From Ramazzottius varieornatus (Eukaryota; Animalia; Tardigrada), in contig BDGG01000002.1 of the NCBI GenBank assembly GCA_001949185.1, positions 2,043,826-2,107,825 of the forward strand: a stretch of 64,000 nucleotides of DNA, in the 5' to 3' direction. The notes under the pieces are model-generated. The model saw nothing but the letters and a program-made list of their open reading frames with translations, was not told the DNA's origin and did no database searches. Below, piece by piece: positions 17,167 to 30,536 of the stretch; the stretch's first letter is position 1; each line of letters starts with the position of its first letter. The position numbers and the translations under genes are program-made.

Positions 17167-18749
17167 GACTTTCAGAGTTGCCGGAAGAACCTTCCCGTCA
17201 GCATCGGCTGGCTGGGAAGACAACAAAGTCGGCTCATTTAGAGGAAGTAAACGTCGTAACAGTGTTTCCGTAGGCAGTTTAGCATAGGGTGATGTAAGTT
17301 CCAGAGACAAGTCCCACCGGACCCTGTCAAGTTCGTCGCATTGATTTGACTTTTGCTTTCCGTTCAATTTTGACTCGAAGAAAAACGACCATTTATTTTA
17401 CGAGCAGTGGAATAGGGTTGATATGCATATCGATGAGAGAAATATTGGCATGATATGAAGAGTAGTTAGGCTATATAGAAAAACCATACAGTGATGCATG
17501 GCGGAACAAATTGGTAAATAACACGCCATGGCCGCGGGAAAGATTCACAATAACAGCGTATGGCTGGAAGAAACGACACAAGGGATGAGTGTGTGCTTGA
17601 AGTGAACAGTCGGGAAGAGAAGAGAATCGAGCGTTGATGTATGAGGGATTTCTGCAATTCACAGTGCTATATCTTATAGCAACACAGGAGATATCCATCC
17701 GTCGATAAAGTTCTTTTTTAGTGAGAGAGGATGGACGGACGGAAAAAGGGATGAGTGGAGGACACAGTTGCGTTATCTCATGGCAAGACAGCGATCTGTC
17801 AATAAGGTGCTCAAATATTCTCAACAATGGCTTCAAGTACGAAATGAGCTGGAAAGAGGCAAATGTAACGCGACAGTTTTGTCAACTGGGCAATTTCCTC
17901 TTCTTTTCACTGCAATTGAGTATCGCTTCATCATCAGTCGCCCCGTTGCGATCATCGCCAATGAGGAAGAACCAAAAAGCTTTTGTCAGGGAAATCCATT
18001 GCGTAATGAATTGGGGACACAAAGAACCGACTGATGCGCGCAATCGTTCCTTGCTCAAGTTCACCGTGACAAGAGACTATTTTTAGAGAGAAACTTGGAT
18101 AAAGAGATAGAGTTTCGTAATATAAAACTTCGCTGGCGTTCAAGGGCGAATCCCGTGTGGTAGAAATTACCGCGCTTTTGTCGAAGAGAGACTTGAATAC
18201 TAAACAGATTATCGGATAAAGGTCCATCGCATACCATTTACACTACACCGATGGCTCCTCCGGGGACGTAAACGTCCACGCCTGTAAGGTTCTCTTGCAC
18301 TATAGTCCAGAACCCAGCTGGAATTGGCTAATGACGCCTGAAAAGAAATTAGGCCAAACTGAAGGCTAATTTGTCGTTTGAAGAACTCGGGGACGTCTCG
18401 CTTGTCAACAGCTAGTCGGTCGACGATGAGCGTATTCAAAACCCCAAATTGAATTTACCGCCACAGTAGGCTGTGGCACTACGGTGACCTTACGGTCGCT
18501 GCGTTTTTCAAGTTCTGCGTTCCTCGCAAAGAACACTCATTATACTTCACAAAGAATGATTTCATGCTACCCGGAAGTTTTGATGCAAAACCAGATGGTC
18601 TTGTTGCAAGTGTCTCGGCAATAATCGATCATTGCCGAGATCGAAACTTAGGAACAGTAAACCAAGTCGAGGTTTCGATCCGAACACATGACTTTAAGCA
18701 AACATGAATCTGAAACGAGCCGAAGTTTAGGAAGTTCTCGAGCTTTGTG

Positions 18750-20113
18750 TACGCATTCATGATGCGAATCCCAAGTGCAGCATTAAAAATCACTCAAAAA
18801 ATACGGAGATTATCGACTACAGCTTCCAATGCGGTTTCAGAGTCATCTTCATTACTCTTAAGTGCAAAACCATGTTTGTCGTATTTGCCCCCGTTTTTTA
18901 TCGTTAAGGTTTGGCCCTCTAGTATACGCAGCAATTAAAGTTCGCACTGCCACAAACTCCTTCTCAATCATGAACTTTGGAGTGTACTGTGTGGACCTCT
19001 GAGAGATACTGTAAATGTCGACCAGCAATCCACAGATCGATGTCCCTGGTGTTGATGTTGTAGTGGCTCCTTGTCAGCCCTTGATAACGAGAAAAAGCGT
19101 AGCTGTTGATCACATCGTCACACTGTGCATTGTAAACGGAAGGAAATCGTTTGGACTGAACAAATTACCACCGGAAGGAGCTTTTCCATCCATCCAATCC
19201 AGCTTTCCCGTTGGTCCTCGACCGCCAACGCCTGCGTGGAGAACTCGTACGTAGCGAGGCTGAAGTTTGCAGTGCCGTTATCCGGTGCCGGTGTATTTGT
19301 AGAGTGTCATTGTTACTCGATCACCGTCGATCAGGAAGATGCCAAAAGTGCACACATGGGAACCGATCGATTGGATAAAAATAAAGTTAGCAGGGCCGGA
19401 GGTGTTTCTAAACTCATACTGTATAACAAGGGAATTTGTGTCAAGACTTCCAAACATTTTTCCGAGGGATTACCTGACGTCACGACTTGTCTCGAAAGCC
19501 AAGTCAAAGTTTGGATTTTACGTATCAAACCTACTTCCCCCGAAAACTTTTCTGGGTGTGAAGGCCCATGGGCTTTGAAGAGAGGATATAGCTGCAGATG
19601 ACGCGATCAGGCGCGAGCTGAAAGTCCCTGGAGCACTTGTCACGAGGAGTCAGCATACGTGTGTCGATCGTTCAATGAGAAATTCAAGACACAATATTTA
19701 AATTTTTGCGAAGACTGGCGCCAGGAAAAAGAATCAAGATTCACTGACGCCACATTTATCATACTCTGTTTGGAATTTTGTCCTGCCAATTGGAACCTGT
19801 TGTAAGATAATATGTTGCGAGATTCTGGCCAGTGGTAACCTCCAACAACGATTGTGCCTAAAACTTGATGCACAGAGGAAAATCTGGAACACTGTGCGAG
19901 TCGACGAGGTCTTCGGAAGCTCGGACCCTTCGCGATACTGTTCTGCCGCCAAGTGCCACAGATAGCAAACATCCTAACCTGGCTAGGCCGGGAGAAACTT
20001 TTCCGCAGTGACGTCACAGTATGGAACCATTGAATTCGCTCTTCGTGACCTTCGTTTATCGAAAGTTGCTTCCCTTCCTCGCTCTTTCCTAGTAAGCCGC
20101 AGAGATTTCCCAT
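18750..20113 (-). pseudogene. Possible decayed gene beginning MGNLCGLLGKS (N-myristoylation/palmitoylation-like start)
   Basis: ORF 19640-20113 followed by coding-like fragments broken by stops. Family not recognised. Confidence 0.2.
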
Positions 20114-20153
20114 CGTGACGGGAGATAGACTTACTTTCAATAAGGTAAGAGAT

Positions 20154-20196
20154 TTTATTCGGGACAACTAAACAGAAATTACACAACCAATAAAAA
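20154..20196 (-). promoter_or_regulatory. CPE (TTTTTAT) 30 nt upstream of an AATAAA hexamer in the putative CPEB 3' UTR
   Basis: Minus-strand TTTTTAT at 20196-20190 and AATAAA at 20159-20154; a second CPE-like TTTTTTAAT at 20546-20538. Confidence 0.5.
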
Positions 20197-20575
20197 GCAT
20201 CAAGAGCTTACAGAGCTCCGATATTGAGACGGACTACAAATTAAAGGAATCCCCTCAAAGACACTCTGCACGAAATTAAACTCAATCTGCAAATGAGGTC
20301 CTCTGGGAAAATTCGAAATGTCAAGAAGAGCAAATGGTCAAAGCCTAAACTAAACGCCAACGAAAGAGCCTTTCAAACTACTGAAGAACACTGTGGTTAA
20401 ACTGAAACTCCAAAGGAAAACTTCTTCCTTCCGGGAAAACTACAAACTCTCCATCGCCGTCTCGGGAAAAAGACATTTGTTGCACGCGGTAAAACCAGAA
20501 CATCGGATAGAGAAAGATTAAACTCGAAACTGCCACAATTAAAAAACAGACCAATGGTAAATTCATCTTTTTGTG

Positions 20576-22308
20576 TTACTTTCTTTCGACCAATTCTTCC
20601 GGTTCTTCATGGCCGTTTCGTGAAGGACGAACCATGGGGACGTGAGCTTGGTCTTCGCCATGCTGCCAGGTCCAGCATTGCTTGCAGAAGTAGTTGAAGC
20701 AGGTCAGGTTTCGGCAGAAGTACGGCCCGACCGCCATCTTGCACACCGAACACTCGCTTTCTTCCAAGTACGGATCAATCTTGATCTGTCGCGAGAACTT
20801 GGCCGTACGAACCTCCACCGTACCTGCTCGGATGGCTTTCATGTGGCTGACTGGATTGCTGAAGGTGATCCGACCGGAACCGATGGGATACCTGGCCTTG
20901 TCTGAAACCATCCAGTCAACTTAGCAATTCGAGTGAGTGATTAAAATTCAGTTTGATTCCGTTACCTGTGTCGAGCGTAGCTGCGATAACGCTGCCAAAG
21001 AGGTCGTTGAAGATGCGAGCCAGACCTTCAGCGGTGATCATTCCGTGAAGGTTGGCCACAAAAATCTTGTAGAGAGGTTGCTGCAGGTGGAGACCCAGCA
21101 AACCTTGGTTGGTGTAGGCTGCGTCCGCGATCTGCCAAGGAATAACTTGGACAGACTTGACCAGCATGCGCTTGCTGGCCACTTTGTAGAACCAGTTGTG
21201 CTGCTGGTGATGACGGTCGTAGCTGCAGGAACCCAGCAGTTCACGGACTGCTGACTCGTGCTCGAAGATGATGTAGAGATGGCCTGCAAGAAGGAACAAA
21301 CACCAAAAGTTAGCCTAATCACGCGAACCCCCAGAAGCAGTATTGCTGACATCATGGCACCGCATTGATCCAATGTTAACTGGTAACGCCATGGGGAGGT
21401 TTTCTGTTTGAGCAATTTACAAGCATAACACTGATGATCCGCCCTGAATTTTGACGTCACCTCCGCTTCCTGCGGTGTCTTCCAAGATTTTATTCCGCCG
21501 ATTTAGTCTATCTCAGTGTGTGGAGCAAACTCTCCTCTATCTTTCTGTCGTATTTGTTTGAAGATTAAAGTGGACAGGCTGGCGTAAATCCCTTGTGAGT
21601 TGACTGGCTATTTTTCGCCAAAACAAGACTACAATAAAAGGCTACCTTTGGGAAGTCGAGTTCGTTGCTTGTCGTGGATTCCGGGCCATTCCACGCGAAT
21701 GTGCCCGAACATTCCAAAGGCAGTAACCAAGTCGTTCTCTGTGATGTCCCAGGGAACACCTCCAAGGAAGACCTGGGAGAAGAAGCGCGATTAGAGAAGA
21801 ATAACGGTAGGAAAGGCAAGAGAGCTGGCTACCTTGCACGAGAAGGCTGATCGGCTGGCGTTGCGCGGTGGCAGAGTACCACTCCAGACAGCGCTGATTC
21901 CAGAAGCTGCAGCTACCACTTCCGGCCGAGGAGTTCCAGGGGAGGTTCTGGGGCTTCGGTAACCAGGACTGCGGCTGGCTGGCTGGAAGGAAGCGAATGG
22001 TGGGGAACGAAAGGCTGGGGAAGGACGAGACGGGGTAAAGAAGGCATCTCGTTCTGGACGATCAGGAAACTGACTGATGCTCCTGCCTTCTTCGAACATG
22101 GAAACGTTCCTGAACTGATTCAGCATGTCTGGAGACGGCAACGAACAATACGGGTCAAACAAGAGTACTTTCCTGTAATTTGCAACATTATGATCGTACC
22201 ATCAAAGTTATCATCGGAGCGTTCTCTGATGGAATTTAGCGACGTGTTGCAGTTGAAGAAGCGTGTGCTGTCCATCCCTGGACTGAAACGGGGCTGGCCG
22301 TTGTCCAT
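20576..22308 (-). CDS. CPEB1: Cytoplasmic polyadenylation element-binding protein, CPEB1/Orb type
   Basis: RRM1 [16 protein letters not shown]...VEWPG; VQVIPW; RRM2 [25 protein letters not shown]...[10 protein letters not shown]; C-terminal ZZ finger [13 protein letters not shown]...[21 protein letters not shown]. Confidence 0.93.
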
Positions 22309-23931
22309 CCTGCTTGAAACCTAGAACGACAGTGCAAAGACTAATCACCGAGAAAAGCGGGAACCGGAAATGCAAACTTCCAACCAAGGGAAGAGTATTC
22401 CTGTTACCTAAGGCGAGGTAAACTAGAAGAAACGGCTGAATCTGGAAGATCAGACATGAGATCATTTTGTCGTTGTTCTGGCGATCGAACCGCAAACCAA
22501 CAAGCCGCAGGGACCACCCGGAGGCGTGTGCAACAGGTAGGTTTGATTATGATTGGTAAACAAGCGCTCCAGACACCTGTTGATTGGACCGCAAACCTCA
22601 GCCGGTTACGTCATGGCGCAGATGGATAACGAACGGCGCAGACAGGGCTTGCGGTTCGGTATGCAGTCCCTGCCTTCGGCCGGCGAGTCAGCAGAAACAA
22701 TGGGATCACGGTATCTTATCGACATCTTTGATCTCCGAACTTGCTGTTTTCGAATCGTGGTTGGCGTTTGTCTACGCAAAGAGTCTAGACATTCACGGAA
22801 TTCTGATGCTTTCCACGCTTATTGGTAGAAAGGAGAGAGTCGGGAGCATGTCGAAAGGAAAAGCATCCGACTTGCGGGTACTTCGATCCAGAACGCGGAA
22901 GTTTTCTCATCGACAGATCCATCCGACAGCTTAATGGCAGGAAGTTTTGAGCGTAGGCTGCGTAAGAGTTATTGATGAGCGAGAAATCCGAATGAGATCA
23001 CTGAAAGACCATCATGGCGCGTGCACAGAAGATTCGAGGACCTGGAAATGGAGCCAGAGCCTTGATTGCTTGAGTGAATATTCGGTTCCGAGTTCTCTGC
23101 TCGGTCGCGCAGGCCACGCAGTGGTTATCGAGAAACCAAAACTACACCGGAAGTGAAATGTTCCCGTCCCCGAAAGTCTTGCTTCCTGGAAACCTTGCTC
23201 GAAGTTTATGGATTTAGTCTATTAGTAAGAGTCAACACAGGAGAGTACAAAATAAAAGAACGAAAGACAAACAAAATAGGCAACGTACATGACAGTAATC
23301 GTACGACAAAACGCTGAGCTTTCTCATCAGTCAACAGGATTCGTGACTATCCTCAGTCTTTCGAAAATCAGACACCAGACTTTACCCATGAAGTTACAAG
23401 CTGAAGGTACCGTACGATGGAAGAAAAGATCAAGAAATAAGAAGAGACAAAGCAACACAAGCTTGCACACAAAGAGACACTGTTTGCACAGAACGGGTCG
23501 ATATCGATGAGGGAGCGAGAGTCAATGTGTGAATACCAAAATGAGAACATCTGGATGATGTCGTCGAGATGGGATGAAGAGCGGAAAGGCAGGGAGGATA
23601 ACTTCTGCAAAATGCAAACAATCCGTTGATAAAATTAGAGCGCTCAATGGCTGGGGAAACGTTCAAACAACCGCGGGAACATGACGCTTTGCGGTCTTCA
23701 GCACCACATGGCCTACCAAGTGCCGAATCTCAACAGCCATGGGCAAGCCGTCTTTGTAAGTCTAAATGCTACTGCGGCCTGCCATGAACTACTTTTGGTC
23801 GGCCATTTTGTGTTCACCGGAAGTCGCGTTACCAGCAGGAACTGTTCTTTCCTCCTTCGTTTTATTCCCCAGCGCATTTCAATGGACTATTAGACATTCT
23901 ACTGACCTAAAAATAGCACACTACACTGTCA

Positions 23932-24942
23932 TTACTGCTGTTTCGTGCTCTTGCGGTTGCTGATTTTGGTGTAGAGTTGGTGTCCTTGTCGATGTGCCGC
24001 AGCCCACACGCCTCTGGCTTGCAGACCAGGCGATAGCAGCAGAATGGTCGTCAGGAAGTACATCAGAAAGAAGTTGTTGATGCGGTCAAAGACGATGGCG
24101 GCGGCGATGAAGAGTCCACATAGTCCGATGCTAAAGAAACGAGGAAGAGCTGCCTTGACGCGTCTCATTGCAGCAAACAGTCCACCGAGAGCTGACTGGA
24201 AGTCGTACAGTCGAGCGACCAGGGCATCGTATTGACGTTCGTGTGCATCACTCCTAAAATAAACAATCCACGTAATGTTGCACTTCGAGTATCCATCCAT
24301 GTGCTGGTCGCGAATTCTTCTGCCGAAGTGAAGCGTAAAGAAAGATGTAGAAGGGCCGAGGCTGAAGGTTGGACCAGAATACCAAAACTTGGCGACTTCC
24401 AATCACCTCCGGTCCTGGTACTCTACAGGGTGGTTTGGCCCATCCACCAGGTTTCAAGCCAATTCACATTTTAGTGGATAATAATGGCCATATGGGCCAT
24501 TTTTATATGGCTACTCTTATCACAAATCCAGACTGCAGAGAGAAACTTAGTCAAGAAGATCTTACCAGTGGCTTGTGTCGAGGATGGTGGTGGACAGGAC
24601 AGGAATAACTCCATCAGCGAAGGTGATGACGGTGCCAAGAACGGCCAGTGTGGACAAGACGGACAAATTGAGGTACCAAATCAGCAGGAAGAAGAGCGTG
24701 TTGGCACCGACGATGATGGCCGGGTTGTACGGTTGGTCCCACTGCAAGAAATGAGCGACGGGAAGAGCTAGCGGTCTCCAGCCAGCCATGCTGACTTTGA
24801 AGGCGCGTAGTCGTTCTTCGCGAGCGTCTACATTGCTGCCCAAACCAGTCAGCTCCAGATCGCCTTTCCGTGAATTCTCCAGATCGAAGTTCTCCTTGTA
24901 GACATCCGCCATCTCATGGTCCTCTCGCGCATGAGTCGCCAT
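23932..24942 (-). CDS. ARL6IP1: ADP-ribosylation factor-like 6-interacting protein 1 (ER-shaping, reticulon-like; 2 exons)
   Basis: GWRPLALPVAHFLQWDQPYNPAIIVGANTLFFLLIWYLNLSVLS...ADGVIPVL|...INNFFLMYFLTTILLLSPGL aligns by eye with ARL6IP1 (GW..V...L.WE....PP.I..V.SL.F..IYYLD.SVLS; HNLLLTYL...LLLLPGL). Confidence 0.85.
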
Positions 24943-25550
24943 TACTCCAACCAACAAGACAGGGTAATAGCACAGCTAAAGTCAAAGATCAGGAATGGGA
25001 ACACTTCGAGTTCGAGATCGACTGTTTTGAAGTTAGATTTCTGGATAGATCCCCATTCCCCCCAAAGAACGCAAAGCGACTTTTGATTGGCGTATTGAGG
25101 GCGGAACATTACGTTGGCCGCATTGGCCACATTGGCCGGAGTACCGATCGAGAGGCCCGCCCATCAGAAATCCACAACACAAACAGCTGACCGGCTTCCC
25201 GTCTGATCTGTGTCGTTCCCCCTTCACTGGATGGGGGCGTTCTCCGATCCCTTGAAAGTTGAAACTTCAAAGTTGGAAGCAGGTTACCGGCGGACCGGCG
25301 GTGCACGGGTGATTTATTCAGTGAATTATCCAAACCACGGAACGGCTTCGCAGCCCAACTTTGGAACGGTACTCAGTCGATCAATATTTTTCATATGAAA
25401 ATACCGTTCCGAATGTCGTTCGAACACCAGGATTCTCGTGCATTAGAAGTAGGATTCGCGCACTGATGACAAGATTGCCTCAGTTCCGTGATTTTCGATT
25501 TAGGCTGAATATATCACCCGTCCACCGCTGGTTGGAACGGAACTTACGGA

Positions 25551-26148
25551 TAGTGCTGGCAACGCTACGGTATACCGATATCGTACCGAAATATATCGAA
25601 TCTTTGCGATAAAATATGCGATAGATATCGTATCGAAAATATCGATATGAAGCTCATATCGAATAACGCAATAAAATATTCGAATTGCGCCATATCGATA
25701 TATTTTCGATACATCGGTATTTTACTGAATGGCAAACTCGCCAGTGATATTTCGTTTACGAAAGACCATGGTTGATTTTAAAACCGTGATTTTATCCATG
25801 GTGTACCGAGCACACTCCGCCCATTCGGTTCTGGTGCTAATTCTGTCCAGGTTTCCATGTGTTTAAAGTCTTGGTATAGCCATGTCTTTGCTGCATCCGA
25901 CGCTTTCGATCTTACCAATACTTTATGTGGAAATCGGCTTCTTCAGTTTGTGGGCTTGAACCAGTGGAATTCCGAAAAACTAAAATTCCAGAAATATCGA
26001 TATATCGTTGCGATACGAAACGATACATCGAAAATACGGTATCAGAACAATATCGTATCGAAATTTCAATATCGAAGATCGCAATAAAATATCCGTCGAT
26101 ATTGTATCGAAAAATGTGTCGAATTTTATCGTATTTTTGCCAGTGCTA
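25551..26148. mobile_element. Non-autonomous hAT-type DNA transposon (598 bp)
   Basis: 8-bp target-site duplication CTTACGGA at 25543-25550 and 26149-26156. Imperfect TIRs TAGTGCTGGCAA / TTGCCAGTGCTA. Dense subterminal ATATCG/CGATA repeats at both ends. Confidence 0.85.
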
Positions 26149-26313
26149 CTTACGGAAGTGAAACGGAATCTGTTTTTTTCGAAGAAAGCTGGATTTTCTT
26201 TCCTTTGGTCGTGAACTTTGGACTGATTTTATTGTATCTTGTAACGTTAGATATTTTGCAGGGGAGCAGGTCGATTATCGAAACCGCGAGACAGTTCAGC
26301 GAAAGCGCGTGGG

Positions 26314-28848
26314 ATGGAACAAAACGAGTTATTCGTTGCTTGCCGACACGGCAATCTGGACAAGCTGAAGATTCTGGTGGAGGAACGTGATGTCGAGCTC
26401 AACATTCGGGATATGTGGGACAGTACACCGCTGTAAGTTTGCTGAAAATTCGGAGAGCTTAGATTTCACGGTAGACCGAGCAGAACTACAAAGATGATAA
26501 GGAGCACGAAAATGATTCTGCACTGCCCTTGGCAGGCCATATGGGAATATCTGCTGCCGATCATCTCAACACTGCGTTCACTTTTTGCTTGCTCGTCTGG
26601 CTCGCCACATTTCTGAACAGGGATACTATTCTGCCCTTCCGGTTACAAATTCTGTTTCCTTTCTAGGTACTACGCCTGTCTATGCGGACATACGGATGTT
26701 GTACGATACCTACTGGAACAAGGTACGTTTTCCCTTGCCTGCAGTGATATTCGGGATGTAGATTCCATCTTGGTTTGGCAGGAGCGCGATGTGATGCGGA
26801 CACGTTCGACGGAGAGCGCTGCCTTTACGGAGCTCTGACCAACGACATTCGCCAACTGCTTCTCCAACATAAAGCTATCACTTCGCAGACCATTCGCCGG
26901 AACCAATATGAAGAGTTTCTTCGCCTGTAAGAACACCTCCTGAACCTAAAAGTCTTTTCTCCCGTTAACGTCGTCTGTGATACCATTTCGTAGGCTTCTA
27001 GAGAATCACCATTACGCTGATGTTGCCTTCGAGGTCCACGGTCAGCACTTCGCCTACCACCGATGTGTTCTAGCTGCTCGCTCGGAATACTTCCGCGAAC
27101 AGTTTGCGGGCAAGTGGCGAAATCGAGACGTCATCAGGAATAATCACCCTCTGGTAAAATATCTGTTTGAAAAGTCAGTTACAAGCTCGGTCCCAAGTGG
27201 CGCAGGTTCAAAGTTGTATTGACTAGCAGCGTGCGCCACCTGAAAAAGCGGTCTTGTCGAGGCTGTTCGGCCCGGTACCAGATTATTTATGTAATTTTGT
27301 ACTTTTCTGCAGGTTGATCCGACCGCATTCCGAGCTGTACTCAGCTACATCTACACCGGACGACTGGAAGTTAACGTCTCGCTGGTCGACGACTGCCTAC
27401 TTCTAGCAAAGCAGTTTCGTTTGGATACTCTCTACGCTCGACTCTCTAAAGAGAAAAACAACGCTAAATTCTTTGGTGAGAAAACTTTCTGCAAACCCTT
27501 CGAAAACTTCGTGATGGTTGTTACTCATTCCAGTTAAAACCAAATTCCTGGTCAAGACCAAGTTTTCCACCATTGTCATCGAGCCGCAGGTGGGCTTGAA
27601 CGAGCTGCACTTCAACTTCGGCAACTTGGCTCTGCAGACTCTGCCCAAAGACCTGCAGTACGTTTATGAACCGGAAGTCAACAGTCCGTTTCCCGAAGAA
27701 CCACGGAATGCGGTTGTCGGAGGGGCGGATGATGATAATTGGAAGCATCTGGCGGACGTAGTCTTCTCTGTGGGCGACGCTGAATTTCACTGCCATAAAG
27801 TATGTACAGCAAAATTCTTTAATGTGGTCTGATGAAAACTGCCAGCAGAAAATTTCAGCGAACTCGGCAAACAAACTCTGTCAGTTCTTTTTCTTAATTG
27901 GCGCACGCTTCTAGCCTAAATCACCAGAGACGTGCGCGGCTTAGGTAACCAGTTTGGTCGAGTTGGTTTTACCCAGCTCTGAATGTATTGTATGTGTTTC
28001 GTTTTTGGATTTTAGGCTTTCGTTTGTAACCGCAGTGAGTATTTACGAGCTCTGGTCTCTGACCATTTCCACGAGTCGAAAGTCAACGAAGCCGGCGTTC
28101 CCATCGTCGAGCTTCACAACATTTCCGTATCCACTTTCGTCGCCATCATCTTCTTCATGTATCAAGACTTCGCTACGGTACGAAAGCCTCTTTTCCCTGT
28201 TTGAAGTTCACCAGTGATGTTGAAGTTATCCGTATTGGTATTCTAGGTTTCGGTGGAGAATGTGATGGATGTTGTGGCAACTGCTGAAGAATTCTTCCTG
28301 CCCGGTCTGAAGAAGCTGTGTGGCGCTGTAATCGCCGAGAACCTGGACAGCAGTTGTGTTCTTCCTGTTCTGAAGACCGCTAGAGTGCTAAGGCTGCCCC
28401 GGCTGGAAACAGCATGCATCGAGTACATCGCTAACAACCTCGAAGCGGTGAGGTTAATTGGCCGACCACTTCTAAAAACGATACGTTTGTTTCGAAATAT
28501 CATTTTCGAAAACTGATAGAGAATACCTTAAGTTTTAGTCTTCGCCCGGAAGTGATTGTCATTGATTATTTGCAGTCAATTCGCGACCCAGCCTTGTCGG
28601 ATTTGATTGTGGAAGATGCAAATGAAGTAAAGAATCGTGAAGATACCGATACAATCGACAGTAAGAAAGTACCCTCCGTGATCACCAAAACGGCAGTTAA
28701 AACTGAATATTCTTATTTTTGTGTAGTCATTGATGACATCCGGTATTTCATCTCCAACAATGTCCAGACGTTCAGTCAGCTGGAAGAAGCCCACGAGAAG
28801 CTCACGTTGATCGACGACCTGCTGGAAGAGATTGGTCTGGACGCCTAG
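26314..28848 (+). CDS. ABTB1: Ankyrin repeat and BTB/POZ domain-containing protein 1
   Basis: MEQNELFVACRHGNLDKLKILVEERDVELNIRDMWDSTPL|YYACLCGH..|GARCDADTFDGERCLYGAL; two BTB domains (HRCVLAARSEYF; DVVFSVGDAEFHCHK); C-terminal REDTDTID|VIDDIRY...LLEEIGLDA. Confidence 0.92.
27197..27239. repeat. Family A core (N27), ABTB1 intron
   Basis: GTGGCGCA-27-TGCGCCAC. Confidence 0.85.
27898..27940. repeat. Family A core (N27, degenerate), ABTB1 intron
   Basis: TTGGCGCA-27-TGCGCGGC with a GGCAAACAAACTC outer arm. Confidence 0.7.
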
Positions 28849-29361
28849 TGAGCTCGCTTCAAGCGCTGAAAAAATCTCTGAGCCCGATGGGGAATGCACG
28901 CTACGGTGGTGAGAATGAGCTCATCTGTAAATTATCAGCCTTCGAATTCTATTTTCTAATTTTCTGTACAAATAGTTTTTATCGATGTTTATTGATTTCT
29001 GTTACAGATGGTGTATCTTCTGCCTTGGCCGTTCGAGTGTAATCGATTATGGCTTTCTGGGCTTTTCCTTCCTACCGGTGACCTGTGAATGATGAGAAGC
29101 TCAAACAGACATAATGCCGTTCGTAGTATTTCTTTCTGCGTTATGACCCCGTAAAGCCGTCCGAATCGATACAGTGCGATATTGGCGCTTTCGTGCTTTC
29201 CGATCGAAGGGGGAAATTCAGCGAAGACATGAATAGAAGGTGAAAAATACCGTTGTGAAAAGGCAAGTGTGCGCCACTCTTCCGGAAACAAAACGCCTTA
29301 AAGCAACGGATAAAACTAAAAAAGCAGTAGCGAAAATTATGGCAGAGAGCAAGAATGTTTC

Positions 29362-30251
29362 TTATGGCGAGCTTCGGCTGATATTCAGCGTACTATTTTC
29401 TGGCCATCGGAAGTTGGAAAGATTCGGGAAGAGAGTCATCAGAGTAGTGGAAGGATAAGTGGACAGCGGAGTGGAGGCAAAGCCATATATCTGCCGCTGG
29501 TTTTGAGGCAAAGCAGTAGGAAGTGAATTCGAAGTAACCGGATAAGCATAGTTGGGCGAGATATACCACAGATCTTCGATCCCGAATGAGGTGATCATAA
29601 TATGAAGGATCAGGAGAACGACCGCAATGCCCAGCACCACGTTTTGAAGGACGTTAGCTTGTGGGCGATCGCGCTCCTGGTTGATATTCAGCCGACCCAC
29701 GAAGAAGCACAACAGCCCGATGGCGATCTCACCCAGTATGCAAACGATCAACATACCTAGGAGAGTGTTATAGAACGGGTACGCTGGGTTGATTCGCAGG
29801 AGTGACTTCAGCTGTCCGGCTGTGGAAGTCAGTAAGGCGATGTCCAGCAGACCGAGAACTACGGTCTTCCGTATACTGGAAAATATTCAAGGCAACCTTT
29901 GCACAATCCCGTGAATGGAACGTCGGTGAACGGACTTGAACATGATCGTTCTCCCAGGTGGCGCACACTTTCAGACAGTAACAACCGGAAACGTGCGCCA
30001 CTTGAAATGAAAACCGTGCCCCATTCATTTGCCGATGTCCCAAATGGTATCGAACTTCGAAATTACCTGTACGCATTTGCTCCCTTGTACCATAGTCTAA
30101 AACGAGAGCGTCAGTTTGACAACAGGATCGTCAAAGTTAATGGCAAACTAATCGAGTAATTCGCAAATGGCACTTACGGGTCTTTCGTGGGAGCGATGAA
30201 GTTGGTGACAGCGCCCTGTGAAGACAATGGATTGTTTTTCACGTAGGCCAT
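29362..30251 (-). CDS. Ninjurin family membrane protein with a C-terminal extension (3 exons)
   Basis: Spliced: MAYVKNN...KDP|LWYKGANAY|SIRKTVVLGLLDIALLTSTAGQLKSLL...PFYNTLLGMLIVCILGEIAIGLL...ANVLQNVVLGIAVVLLILHIMITSFG. This matches the ninjurin pattern (Y..KK....MLDIALL..NA.QLK...FY....ITAFG). Confidence 0.85.
29958..30001. repeat. Family A core (N28), ninjurin intron
   Basis: GTGGCGCA-28-TGCGCCAC. Confidence 0.85.
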
Positions 30252-30536
30252 TTTGCAAAGTGCGAACTAACGATCACTTGAATTCTTTTACCATGACGTA
30301 ATTCAGAATATAACTGAATTGCGCAAGCCAACGTAAGGAAAGGAGTGCGAGTCAAAATGGCATCAAAAACAGCTGAAGTTAAATGGCTCAAAAGTGCCTC
30401 GTATGAAGCGAGGATTGTTCATGATGGTTGGCGAGCTACTTGTACTTTGCTACAGCTTAATTATTGTTCTGCGTGTTGAACATATCGGAAATCAATGTGG
30501 CTGACAATGGGCCGTCTGTTGCTTTTCCCGTCACTG

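Noticed and set aside
18613-18640. Small perfect hairpin TCTCGGCAAT / ATTGCCGAGA
   Set aside because: Single copy with no context to assign a function; bacterial-type terminators do not apply here.
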